A stretch of DNA of 64,000 bases from Botryllus schlosseri (Eukaryota), in NCBI GenBank assembly GCA_051294905.1, contig CM119371.1, positions 12,276,001 to 12,340,000 of the forward strand. Direction: 5' to 3'. A program made the translations under genes and the position numbers. This document shows positions 20,672-32,776 of this stretch, in pieces; position 1 is the first letter of the stretch, and each line of letters starts with the position of its first letter. The notes below the pieces were generated by a model. The model saw only the letters and a list, made by a program, of their open reading frames with translations. It did no database searches and was not told the DNA's origin.

Positions 20672-20866
20672 GTGACGATCAGTATCAACCTAGAGGCGAC
20701 AGAAAAGACGTGAACACGGTGATGAACTTTTATGGTCCAGCAAACATAGCAGGCGGGGACGTAAACACAGGAAATGCTATCGGAACCTGGAATGAAGGGG
20801 AAATTCACAACGAAAATCACGGATGCATCACACGAGTAACAGGAAAAAAAGTTGCAACTTCTGACG
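20672..20866 (+). CDS. Putative NLR N-terminal exon A (Gly/Asn-rich, amyloid/RHIM-like motif)
   Basis: The acceptor is ATTGATACAG and the donor is G|GTACTA. The exon is 195 nt, phase 1-1 and open: GDDQYQPRGDRKDVNTVMNFYGPANIAGGDVNTGNAIGTWNEGEIHNENHGCITRVTGKKVATSD. Its link to the NACHT exon is inferred from phase and strand. Confidence 0.55.
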
Positions 20867-21391
20867 GTACTATTTCAATGAAGAATTTGTTCTATCTTGT
20901 GGTTCTTAGTTGTAAATCGGGTCTTGCCCATATTTTGGTATATCGATCGCACATTCTAGTCCGTGACGCACCTGGTCTCACAGGCGGAAAGCGTCACGCA
21001 ACCTTTCATCAATAATAATAATTATTATTATAATAACAATAATGAAGATGAGACAAGAGCGGCATTGCGCGATGAAAGGAATTGCAGTAGACTCCGGTAT
21101 CGTGCATTTATGTGTATCTGCAGAAGAACATATAATTAGTCCGAAATATTCAGACGCGTTTATAGCATTAATGACAGACGTTTCCAAAGCTGTTGCATCA
21201 GTAATTCTGGATCAGTGTAATTCCTTTCTTAATCAACAGTGGTGGACCGGCGATTGGGGTGGTGGTGGCCAAGACTTCCGGGGAGGGGGGCGATATTTAT
21301 GTGATCGCAGCTTCTGGGGAGCTCCGTCCACATACTCCCCTTTCGTATCTATTGTTACCAACTTAGTTTTGGTGCGCTATATGGAACGGGA

Positions 21392-21555
21392 CAGACTTGG
21401 ACAACTAGATAATTCTAGATGTCTAATTTCACTAAATTAGAGCGAAATGCAAGTAATCTAATTTTAATCAAATTTGTGAAATGTTTCTATGTTCTAATTT
21501 CAATCTAATTTGTGAAATGTTTCTATGCTCTGATTCTAATTCTAATCTAATTTAC
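21392..21555 (-). repeat. AATTAG-rich MITE family fragment
   Basis: It starts CAGACTTGGACAACTAGATAATTCTAG. It is reverse-complement similar to 47420-47640 and related to 46000-46290. Confidence 0.75.
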
Positions 21556-21682
21556 GGTTTTCCTGAAAATGCCTCTTTTCCCATTTTGTAAAGAGAACAT
21601 CCCTCTCGTGCAGGGAAATCCAGTGGAAAGCCGCCATCGCATTGCTTACACCGTACAGTCATAGTATAGGGTTACCATACAC

Positions 21683-23841
21683 CAGTGATGAGCGGAGTCT
21701 GCTTTTCGAGACTCCGAGTCCCTCCGACAACCTTGGTCTCTGAGGCAAAGTCCCTCCGACTCCGGGGATCTCAATCCCAGACTCCGAGATAACCCGAAGA
21801 ATCTTGTCCAGTTTCCGAAACATATTCAGACCATTGTCGAAGAACCCCAATCGATGTTTTCGATAGCCTGTCTGATATTCATACCAGTTTTTTAGTATCC
21901 GTGAATTGCCGAACAGTCGCAACATTACTTCTGAGGGTCAAGTTCTCTTCAACAAAATGGGCAGTCAAGCTAATAGAGCTGCGACCCTTTAGATCGGTCC
22001 ACATATCTGTGGTGATGCCAGCCAGCCCATAACACTTGATAGCAACTCTTAGTTCCTCTGACAGCTTCTGCTTCAAAGATAAAGCCTCATCCAACTTACG
22101 TTTCGCTGTAAATCTGGATGGCAAAACGTCTTCTGCACAACACCACGGCAAACCGGCACTAATTCGGTATTCTCCACCCGGCGATCAGTGTTCCCCATGA
22201 TCACCTTCTCCTTTGATTTCTTGCTTACTTTTTTGTTGGACAACTGCGATCAATTCTTCTTACACGCTTCGATATGTCTTCGAAGATGCGACGTACCACT
22301 TGTCAACTTGTGATGCTTTAGCTGAGCATTGCAATTTTGACACCTCGCAAACCCAGTATACTGGCCGTTATTATCATGCAGCATCAGAGTGAAATCCTTC
22401 CACACGTCACTCTTTTTCTGCGTCTTTGTGAGTAACTCACTTGACGTCGATGGTGCTTCAGCCATTATATTAAAACGACGAAGGAAGACCAGTCAGTTCG
22501 AACTAACTACCACTAACACCACTGAAATCGACGATCACATCACAGGTTTCAGTAAATTAAGTTCCGCATCGCCATGAAACAGTTGATGGAACTGCACTGC
22601 ACTAAATATACATGATGCATCACTGACGCACCGATCGACGCTCCTTGGAGTTGACTAAATGACCAGTGGCTTCCAAGTTTGAAGCTGATACATGATATCT
22701 GGAATTTGGAGTCTGAGACAGACCAGCAGCAGAAACTTGATTGCGGTGCTGATTTTTCTTATCACATCAAAGTCATTTCTCAATCAAACCAAACATTACA
22801 TGACGAAAATTCAGAAGAGTTCTGGATGACTGACTACGTCAATCAATATTGAAGGAAGCGTAGTTGAGTTGATGCGAGCAGAGCAGACGGTTGAAGTTAT
22901 TTAGTGTGGCTGTTCAGAAATGCAATCATTAAATCATGTAACACATTGCATAAGTTATTATTGTTTCCATCCAGATACTTGCTTGTTGTATGTATATTTC
23001 TCACAGATATAAAGGTATTATTGATGTAACACTTATTATCGATATCTCTCACTGCAAATTGCAAGTACGATGACAGTTGCGAAAAGTTATCACAAAAGTG
23101 GTATCGGATATTATCTTGTTTCAACTGATACCAACGTTGGGAATACATTTTCATAAAATGGACCTATTACTATGTTGAATGTCATCAGGATAATGGGATA
23201 TATTCCGTTATGATCATGAACTTGCTGGAAGAATCAGTGTAGCTAAAGGCTGTACCATAGGGAAGCCCCGCTGTATGTTGCTGATTGTAAATGTTTCGCA
23301 CAATTACTGGGGTAGCATGAAAATTAGTCACGAAACAAATATGCAAGGAGGAATGTAATGTGACTATAGAAGACTGCAATGACAGCAACGTGAAAGATTC
23401 TGGAGATCTTATCTCATAATATGGTGACATTCAGCAGTGGATTCAAAGACTGCATCTCAAGGCAGGGAGCAAATGATGCACTGCGAATGATATTGGGTGC
23501 CTTCAAGTTTGTGAACTACAGATACTGCTCAACGGAAATGCCTTGCTAGATCACTAGGTTACTCTCCAGTCCCTGCAGTGCAGATGGCTGATTTTTATGC
23601 ACTTGGCAATCATTTTTGCATGTTACCCGTCATATTACAACTTTACAAGGTGTCAACTGTCTGTGTTTTGGTTTGTAATCAATAGTGTCTTCTGGTCAAA
23701 GATATCGGGGGCAAAACTTACAATACTCCGTAAAACTCCGGAAAAATATCTGTTGTAAACTCCGACTCCACTCCGGGTATCACAAAATTGGCAAAACTCC
23801 GCTCCGAGTCCACTCCGACTCCGCTCCGGTGCTCATCACTG
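21683..23841 (-). mobile_element. Internally deleted Hermes/hobo-like hAT element
   Basis: The TIRs are CAGTGATGAGC / GCTCATCACTG, with a perfect 8-bp TSD (CCATACAC) and ACTCCG subterminal repeats. Confidence 0.95.
21879..22465 (-). pseudogene. hAT transposase N-terminal fragments (BED finger and first catalytic Asp)
   Basis: Contains KSDVWKDF...CQNC...GTSHLRRHIEAC and GITTDMWTD...SLTAHFV. Confidence 0.9.
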
Positions 23842-24759
23842 CCATACACCCTCTTTCAAGTGGATATGTGAATTGTGTGCTCCTCACTTTAGTGACAATC
23901 CTGATGAGAGGTCAAGAAATAACAGCATGCTATACAGTGACTAATACAAATTAGCCCACCCGAAGATGGATCCTAATTTATAACTTGCTTTAAATTTTCG
24001 AAAACACCCCTACATCAACTCTATACCAGTGAATCTGATCACACGGGATGAGAAAGGATAAATGTTTCATGGTAATATGTAAAACTACTAATATCAATGA
24101 CGAAATTCATTGGCGAAACTGATTTTTTTTAGCATTACCAGTGACCACTCACGATTTTGGTGCGCATAGTATGCGTACCATTAAATAGATTAGTCCTGAG
24201 CTCACCAGAAATGGACATACAGACACGTTAACCTGGGTATTCGGCGTCCAGCTCGATCATTACGACTAAGTCCTGGAATGCGACCGCAGGCTAAACACGA
24301 GTAATCGAAATGCGGCCGTGAATGGCAAAAAGATTGGCCACCTCTGCATTAGTCATAATCTTGCGTTATCCCTGCGTATGCATTGTGATGAATACAAGAT
24401 ATTTAACTGTCAACGCGGACGTTCTAATTTTATTTACTACTGTGGTGATGGATAATATAATCTTTTTTTAATGTACTCAGAATTGCTATGCGGGCCGGAT
24501 AAAATCGTCTGGCGGGTCGGATCCGGCGCACGGGCCGTATGTTTGATATCCCTGGCCTAGTTTTATAAAATTTGTTAAGATACCTCCCATAGGTCAAATA
24601 CCTGAGTATGACGTCATAAATGATAGAGACGTGCGTAACTTATATAGGTGGTACGCGAGCAGTGCATAAAACCTCAAAATGGTACGTGGGTGGAAAAAAA
24701 GGCTTGGAACCACTGTTATAGATGATCTCAATAACAATACCAATAACAATAACAATCTG

Positions 24760-25290
24760 TTGCTGTTGTACACTGACCGCAATGTCACTAACGAAAGCCG
24801 AAATTTGATTAATTCATGAAAATGAAAAAAATACATAGAGATAAGATTTGACGTGATAGAGCAATTCCGACGACAGAATCGGATTCAGCAACCTAACATT
24901 AGCGTATATCAATGGATAAAATTTTCGGAACAAATTATCTTTGGAATTATTAGACCAGCGTAATTTTATTGGTCGAAAAGAGCTTCTGATTGAACGAAAA
25001 TCGAAAATTACTGGATTCAAGTTCACCAAAAACTCACTAATTCTGTATTACAACAACCCAGGTTTTATGATAGATGATTTCAATAACAATATTTGATCTG
25101 TTGCTGTTGTAAGCTTACCGTGATGCCACTAATGAAACCCAAAATTTGATTAATTTATGAAAATGAGAAAAATTCATACAGAAAAAATCTGACGTGATGT
25201 TGAAATTCTGAGTACAGAATTGGATTCAACAGCCATAAATTAGCTTAAATTACTCATTAAAATTTTTAACTCAAATTTTTTTTTTCGAAA
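24760..25290. repeat. Diverged tandem duplication, period ~320 bp
   Basis: The block ATCTGTTGCTGTTGTA...AAATTTGATTAATT.ATGAAAATGA...CAGAAT.GGATTCA occurs at ~24755 and ~25097. Confidence 0.7.
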
Positions 25291-27552
25291 TTTGTAGACC
25301 AGTCTTATTGATAAAAAAAAACATCAATGAGCCTGCAATAAGCTCACAAGAAAGTCGTTAAGATGTAGCCTAAAGCGTCAGAAAGTAGCTGCTGTACAAT
25401 GGGCTTCCCTGCGACCTTAGAACAGCGAGAAGACTAAGGGTGGAGGCCAAAAATATAGATCAAATAAAAGATCTGGCGATTTTGCACGTTGCTGGATTTT
25501 CTGCGGACCAGAAAGGTAGATTAGTAAGATTCTGCCAGAACAGACTGAGTATAGACTGCTGCTTCTTGATCCTGGTCGCCACCAGGATTAAAGTCTAGAT
25601 TAAGGTACACAAGCATATAAATTTGGCGAGGTTTGTAATAGTTATGACATTGTAGATTGAAATTGCTTATCTGAGGCTCATTATAAAGATGGTGAATATT
25701 GCATGTTAGCGATATTTTGTTACCGGTACTCAATTGTGCTTCTCCTTATTGACTGATGATTATGTTATTACAGAATGTTTAATGATAATTGCATACAAAC
25801 TATGTAATAAACGAGTTCTGCCGTTCTCTTGCATTGGAAACAATCAACCAAGCCGTGAAATGCCACATCACCAAACATGGCAAAAAACAGAACAGCAATT
25901 GAAGGTTGCTTCAAAACAAGAGAAAGTCTCAAAACTGAAAATGACAGAAGGCCTTCAGAACATTCAATGGTATCTGACCCGGTGACGGTGCTATTTATTG
26001 CAAGGTAAGATTGTAGACATTAATTATATCCATAATATGGCGCATATCAGTAAATTAATGGTTAAAGCTGTCATACCAGCACAGGTTCAGCCATTTGAAC
26101 ATCATTTTGAAAGTGATTCCACCATATTGTTTGTAGCTACTGCAGAAAATCAATCATGTAAGTTAATTTGCGAGAGAGTAATGAGAACTTGTTCGATACA
26201 TTGACCACATCGAGAAGTATTCCCCATGATGAAGATCGGTTCGTGTCAGAGGCAACTCTTCTCGTTATTTTCATCACTACTTTTTGCTAACATATCAATT
26301 GTACAAGTGTAGATGTATATTATATCGATTTCTTAGCCGGTGGTGTATTGAAGGGAACGCATTCACAATATCGAACGTTCTTGTCATACATTCAGCGATT
26401 TTATAATGAGATTTTTTGCTCATCGTCGAATGATCGGTTTCAGTATTTTTCACCGTCACTAGCAAATATGCATGTGCAATTGGGCATTGTACATGTGTAA
26501 ACATACGTATAGCCTCAAATCCTTCTGAAACATTCACATTTTTTTCAGAAACAAGGTACATGGAATCGCAGTCAACATGCGTGACAAGACCTGGTATGTA
26601 GCTTATACTCATTTGGATTTCAAGTCGAGCTGACATTTTAAAATATACAATCTTGCAGTTTCGGAGGGTTTGGCAAACTTTTGCTCCACTGTCCCAACCA
26701 TCGTTATGTAAAAATTTCCCACTTTTACTTAGTTTTCTAGTGTAAATTGTATCTGCGAACGATAGAGTTGGAAATGGTGTTTGACTGCTCGAAAGATTGC
26801 TGATTACCAGAGCAATGCACATAGTTACAATCCTGTAACAATTGATATAAGATGGTGTACAATGGAGCCTGACTGATTATATCGCTTTGTCGATAATATA
26901 GACTCGATATCACTCTTTGAAAGAATTATTGGTATCGGCTATTGGAAATGAATATATATGGGCAGTTTTCGTGAGGTCACAGCATGGTGATAGGAAGTCC
27001 ATAAACTATAATCTTTGACCACTAGACTGAGAATATTGATATATTACACTCTACAGGTGTCCTGATACAGCCTTTCTAGTTTATTTCCTGTCCAAGTTTA
27101 GTATTGGCTGTTCAAATAGAAGCCCTGAAGTTTTTCAAATGCGCATTTTAAGGTATTCCACACAATTTGAATATAGGCTATAGTGGTTATCGGTGAAGGA
27201 GTTAGATATTGGTTTTATCGGTATCGGCCCAAAACTCCAATATCAGTCGGGCTCTAGTATACAAATACAATACAATGAAAACTACCAATTCTGCACTCTG
27301 TGATCAGCTGGTTGCAGAATACAAGTTTTTAATGACTAGAGACTGACCGATTATGGGTTCACCGCTCATATCGATTGGATACCACACTTGGAAACGGATA
27401 TTGATATCAGGCATTAGAGGAAAAAATATCAGCCAACAAGGCAAGGAGAATTTCCAAATGATTTCTTTGTGATTAGCTTCCTAATACAAGTTTTAATTTA
27501 ATCATAGGTTACTACCTCATCGCAGAGTCAATATGAACTTCTTTTAATTCAG

Positions 27553-27729
27553 AAAAACAATAAGCTGAGAATTAAACTGATGGTGTCCAAGATTGAGGAG
27601 CTCAAAGAAAGAAAAGACATGAGAGACGAAGAATGATATTTCAGAAAGCAAGAATTCAAAATGCGTATTGAAGAACATGCGATAAAAATGGAAAAATATA
27701 GATTAGAACTTGGACAATTGAGGAATTAG
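27553..27729 (+). pseudogene. Last exon of the Harbinger partner (Myb/SANT-type) gene, coiled-coil C-terminus
   Basis: The acceptor is TTTTAATTCAG. It reads KNNKLRIKLMVSKIEELKERKDMRDEE*YFRKQEFKMRIEEHAIKMEKYRLELGQLRN* and converges on the transposase. The Myb domain itself was not located. Confidence 0.55.
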
Positions 27730-28077
27730 TGACATATGTAATGCAATATTTCTTTGTTCAATTATGTCAAGTTATGTAAATAGCCGAATACGCATTTTCT
27801 GAAAAGCAACATTTCTTTATAACATTTCATTGTGCATGCCTGCCAAGTGTTCCTCGCCTTATAGGTATTGTCGACGGTGCAAATATTTCGGTACATTTTT
27901 TCAATTCATATTTGTCAATTTGAATACAAATAATGCGACACCTGCTCTTTGTTTATTATCTACAGTGCAATGGTAGTTGAATCTTTCATTCCACGAAGTC
28001 ATGCACATTTCATTCTCTTTATTATTTTTACACCAGCACGGTTTACTGTGCTTGTTAAAATTTTAAAATAAACATAA

Positions 28078-29057
28078 TTAGTAGAAATATGTGTTCATCT
28101 TATTTTCAAGATAGGCTATTGCGTCAGTGTATCCAACTTCAGATGTTATATCCGTAGCTTCCTCGGGAGTAACTGCAATATCAGGAACTGGCTCATTGGT
28201 TTTTGTAGCAAAATTGTGCAAACATATTGTTGCAATGATTGCCAGGATGGTGTTTTCGATTTGCATTCGCATGTGATTTAGCAACATCTGGAAACGCTGT
28301 TTGAGAACGCCAAATCATTGCTCGATCAGCACCCGTGTCTTTGAGTGCATATAGCTGTATTTTTTTTCTTGTGCAGCCTGTGGATTTGTTAATGGAGTCA
28401 CCAGGTACATTTTTAGAGCATAGAGCCTCTGTCTCCCAGCAAAATACCATTGTATTTTTTCTGGCCGAGCTTGTATTTTAATCTGGAATTTGAAAAAGTT
28501 CTTGAGTCATGAGTACTCCCTGGCCATCGCACAACAGCATTAGTCACTACCGGTATTCTCTTGGCATTGCAGTCCATTTGACAGTTCGAAGAAAAATATC
28601 CTTTCCTGCAACGATAAGCTTTTCTGGTACAGAGTCACCTGGGGACTTTATTGGGATATGGGTACCATCAATGCAACCGATGACATTTGGAACTCCACCT
28701 ATGTCAAAGAAATCACTCTTTGTTTGTAACAAATCATCCAATCGTGGGATAAATTTTCTCTATTCTCTGATAATGCCCAAGAAATGCAGTGGATGATTCG
28801 GCGTGCAGTTGTCCGGCTGCCACCAATCAAGTCAGCGTCTGTTTGTTGAAAATGACCGTAGCAAAAAATCGGAGAGCACAGAGTAATTGCATCATGTGGT
28901 GCAAAGCTTGGCACCGTACATCCAACCATGGGCTGTCTTTAATCATGTCCAATAGAATTACCATAGCTCCCTTGTAAAATCTGTAGCGGTCAACGAATTC
29001 ATTTTCTGGGTATTTTACAAATGAGTCCGATATGTTTGCCAAGTAATGACTGGGCAT
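28078..29057 (-). pseudogene. Harbinger (HARBI1-like, DDE_Tnp_4) transposase, frameshifted
   Basis: Contains FVDRYRF, LLCALRFFATG, PNVIGCIDGTHIPIKSP, YLVTP, KTRVLIEQ*FGVLKQRF and IIATICLHNF. Confidence 0.93.
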
Positions 29058-29579
29058 GACAATTGTATTCTAGTCGTCCGAACTGCCATCTACGATGTCC
29101 AAAATATCCATACTAAAGACAGTAATAACAGCAGTACCAATTTGCAATGCCGTCTTTAGAACTTATAACTGTGAATAAACTACAGAGTAATATGCATTAA
29201 AGCTGCAAAGTGGCTTCAAATCAATTTCATAAGTCTACCTAGGAAACGATGGCATTCATAGCACATGACCAAAATCGACGACATTGCCAATCAGCATTGC
29301 CAAAGCATAATATTTACTACGAAGTCGATGGGTTGACATGGCAACCTTTCACGGATCACTACATTTTGCGTCATTTTGACGCAATAGCGTCCTACATCCT
29401 GGATTTGTAGATCTACTAACTTCGCACGAACATCCAATGTTTTGGCGTGCGGATCATCTACTTCTAAATCGGGAGATCTTGGAACTCGCAGATTAGGCGA
29501 AAATCCAGGATGTTTTTACTCAGCTTTTTGGCCTCCACCCTAATAATCACGAAATCACAGACCTTGATTGGTTAATCAG

Positions 29580-29838
29580 CAGAGGTGGTCAAAGTAGTCA
29601 CCGTCGCTACTCAAGTAGAAGTAGAAGTAACGCCGAAATATCTACTCAAGTAGAAGTGGTTGTTCACAAGTAAGTAAGTAAGTAGGTATTCTACGCTTAT
29701 TTTTGCCTACAAAACTGAAAACTGTCAAGTAGAAGTAGAAGTAGTCTAAAATTATAACTATTTGAAAGTAGTGTGAGTAGGAAAAATCTACTTCAGGTAC
29801 TTCAAAAAGTAAAAGTACTTCGTTACTGACCACCTCTG
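29580..29838 (-). mobile_element. 259-bp MITE, deletion derivative of family CAGAGGTGGTCA
   Basis: It has the same TIRs as 2942..4243 and 11512..12763. The TSD is TTAATCAG/TTAATCAT (7/8). Confidence 0.93.
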
Positions 29839-32776
29839 TTAATCATCTTACTTCAATGATCACGACCGCACTGGCTTGCTGATTATGTGCTTCTACTCAT
29901 TCAAGAAGTTTGCTTACGGCAATGATTTTGTCAGCGCATTGTGGGTTGGTGATATAATAATAAAATGTGACACCTGGTCAATAAATGTTTCAGTTTTAAA
30001 AGTTTGTAACGATATGTTTAGGGTTGCCATACGTCCGGAATGTCACTGCTAAAACTACGTCCGGGACGAATTCCTGAAATCTGTCTAAATGTCCGGAATT
30101 TTAAAGATTAGAAATCGGATCAAAATGTTTTTGTCAATTTTTGACAGATTTAGGCCACTTGAAATTTTCTTCACGCCACGCCATCAAAAATATGCAATCA
30201 AAAATTATTAAAAATATCCATCATTTACTGAAATAACTCTAATTTTAATCGCAAGTAGGGGAGAATGGTATATCACTGGAGTCGGTTGAAGCCATTTAGA
30301 TGCATTAGTCATAGATATTGGCCCGAAACCTGGGGTCGTCTGTCTTTAATCTCGGGTTCGCGAAGATGTTGAACGTAATCAGCTTACAAAATAGGCCGTG
30401 AGTTAGTCTGGGCAAAGGTGCTGACCGTTTTCAGTATTTAGCTTATCTAATTCTGAGGTGAGCCACAAAACATTTTCAAATAACAGATGGAGTCGCAATC
30501 ATGAATGGTTGAAAACCACCGGATGTGAAAACTGCTGGTTCTGATCTGCACATAGGCTAATAATTAGTGTTAATCGTGTGACATGACATGACTTTACGAT
30601 GCATAATCCCGATCCTCGTATTTTCGAATCATCGTCCTCCACCTCTAACTATTATCATGTGAGCGGAGACAGGATCACAATTTTATAGTAATACATAGAA
30701 GACGCAATATTATAGACTGATTTCATTCACAAAATTTAACGACCAGATGCATTTCAAAACCAGAGGTATATACTAAGGACCAAGAAGTTGCATCGATTTG
30801 TCTATGTTGAGCTCAAGATCAGTGTTTATTTGGACGGGAGGAGCCTGAAAAAATGTTCTTTCGATACTGGTTACAACACACAATCACCTAAATGTACCGA
30901 CCTAACATTATACCGGTTCCTGCTCCGTCTGGTGACCACCTATGGTCGATAGGCAAAGCTTTTCTAGTGTGACGTCATATCGTACTCGCCCAAACGTAGC
31001 AGACTAAAAGAATATCTTTTGTGAGACGCACACAGAAATTGTCATGGCTTTATTCCTTTGTGGATGCGCTGGGTGACATTTGCATAGTGGGCCCGGATTG
31101 GAAGGTCAGGCCCATCCAGCGCGGCTATTGACAATGGACGAATACCCTAAGTTTCGGCCAAGGTATTTCTATGGTATCACATCTCGTGGAGTTGCGTGTT
31201 GGCCGAAACTGTCTTTTGGTGTGTTGTGGGATCGTGGCGCGGTAATGACCGCTTCCGAAATGCATGTTTCCTATAAAATAGACTACGCAGGTTTTTCCTT
31301 GAAAGGAAGAGGTATGCATTTCAAACCCAGCTATTTGCTGAAGCAGGCGTCACCAACCGTTTTGAAACAAAAAGCCATTCTTGTGTAGTTGTGTACTGAT
31401 TATTGTGACGACCGACGGGTTACCACTTACTCCTGCCGTTTATCCGTGTTCAGTTGGATTTCTTCACTTAGAGTAAGACAATCTCACTCACCGGGACTCA
31501 CACCAGCTCTTCCGGGCTCAGTTGCGTTGCTGCAGTGCGCACGGAAGCGCCAATCTCCGCGTTGAGACTCGGGAATATTATCTATAGATTCCCATTCAGC
31601 CGCCGCGTGGGCGAAGACAAACAATGCCCCGAGCGACTGCGTTCGTATGTTCATTGTGGTCGGCCGACCCATGTTCAACTGCTACTCATATGAAACCAGC
31701 TTCAACTTTCAAATCTCTCATTTCGATATTTGCTACATCGCAGTGGTGGCCCTACGAACGGGGGGGGGGGGCAAGGCGACACTTACCGGGGGACCCTAGT
31801 TGTATCTAGCCGTAACTTATGGGGGGGGGGGGCTTCGCCCCCCAGACACCCCGTTTCCATATGTTATTATTATCTATATTTCACCACGGCAAGGTTTGGC
31901 CAGGTGCTGGATTCGGCCATGTCTATTTTGAATGTGTGCAAGGATATACTACATCAAAACTAAGTAACATTACCGCATGCATAGACGTGATGATTATCGG
32001 GATATGGTACTTTTGTCACAAATGCAGAGATTTGATGATGATTGACACATCTGTACGGAATCCTATTCTTGCTTTACACGGATTTGCATGTTTATTCGTT
32101 ATTATCATTGAAAAAGGCGCATAATCCAAATAGGGGGACCCTTCGACCAGGTTTTTTTTATTGAAACACTGTGAATTGACGTCACATATTTTACAACGGC
32201 AACATGGTTTCACAGTCCACGCTCGTCCTCAAACAAAACTACTCCATCAACTTCAAAATACATATGATTGTAACCTGTGTATAATTATCAATGATCAGCA
32301 GCCTCCTTTGGCACATGTAAGGATCAAGTTTGATGCAATTCGACATGCAGTGTATTAAAAATGAGAATTTATTTCTAGTTGTCCTTGCTCAAAACGTTGA
32401 TGGCAACGTGGAATTGAAAGTGACCGACCAAGGAAAAATAGAAATCAAACAAACCACACAAAACTTCATAACGCCACGCAATGAAGGTGAGTTTGGTTAA
32501 ATATTTCCTTGTTCGGACAGTTGTATATATGGGCGTTGTATTCAAATATATGCTATCCATCAAATATGCCCATAATGAATTGTATCGTTGCAGTGCCATG
32601 GCCGACTAATCCAAGCATCGTGCTGTGTAATTTGCGGCAATTCGGTGACATCGAATCCACGTAAAAATGCAGTAGTTTAGAATGTATGATGCCCCGTATA
32701 GCATGGTCTAATTCGCACATTTACGTCTCGCGATACCAGTACGGTAGCCTAGCGACGGTCATCCGTACGTAGGCTC

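Larger units (their letters stand above)
25438..29540 (-). mobile_element. PIF/Harbinger transposon, 4.1 kb, decayed
   Basis: The TIRs are GGGTGGAGGCCAAAAA / TTTTTGGCCTCCACCC, with a TAA TSD on both sides. It encodes a DDE transposase and a convergent partner gene. Confidence 0.95.

Noticed and set aside
21004-21045. Functional poly-Ile/Asn coding tract
   Set aside because: It is a simple (AAT)n/(ATT)n microsatellite in intronic DNA.
21124-21215. Additional NLR exon (EEHIISPKYSDAFIALMTDVSKAVASVILDQ)
   Set aside because: It has a good acceptor and an open phase-1 frame, but only a weak donor. It is not supportable without transcript data.
30019-30943. Complete hAT element starting TAGGGTTGCCA
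   Set aside because: The putative right end (TGGTGACCACCTA) is degenerate and the flanks show no TSD.
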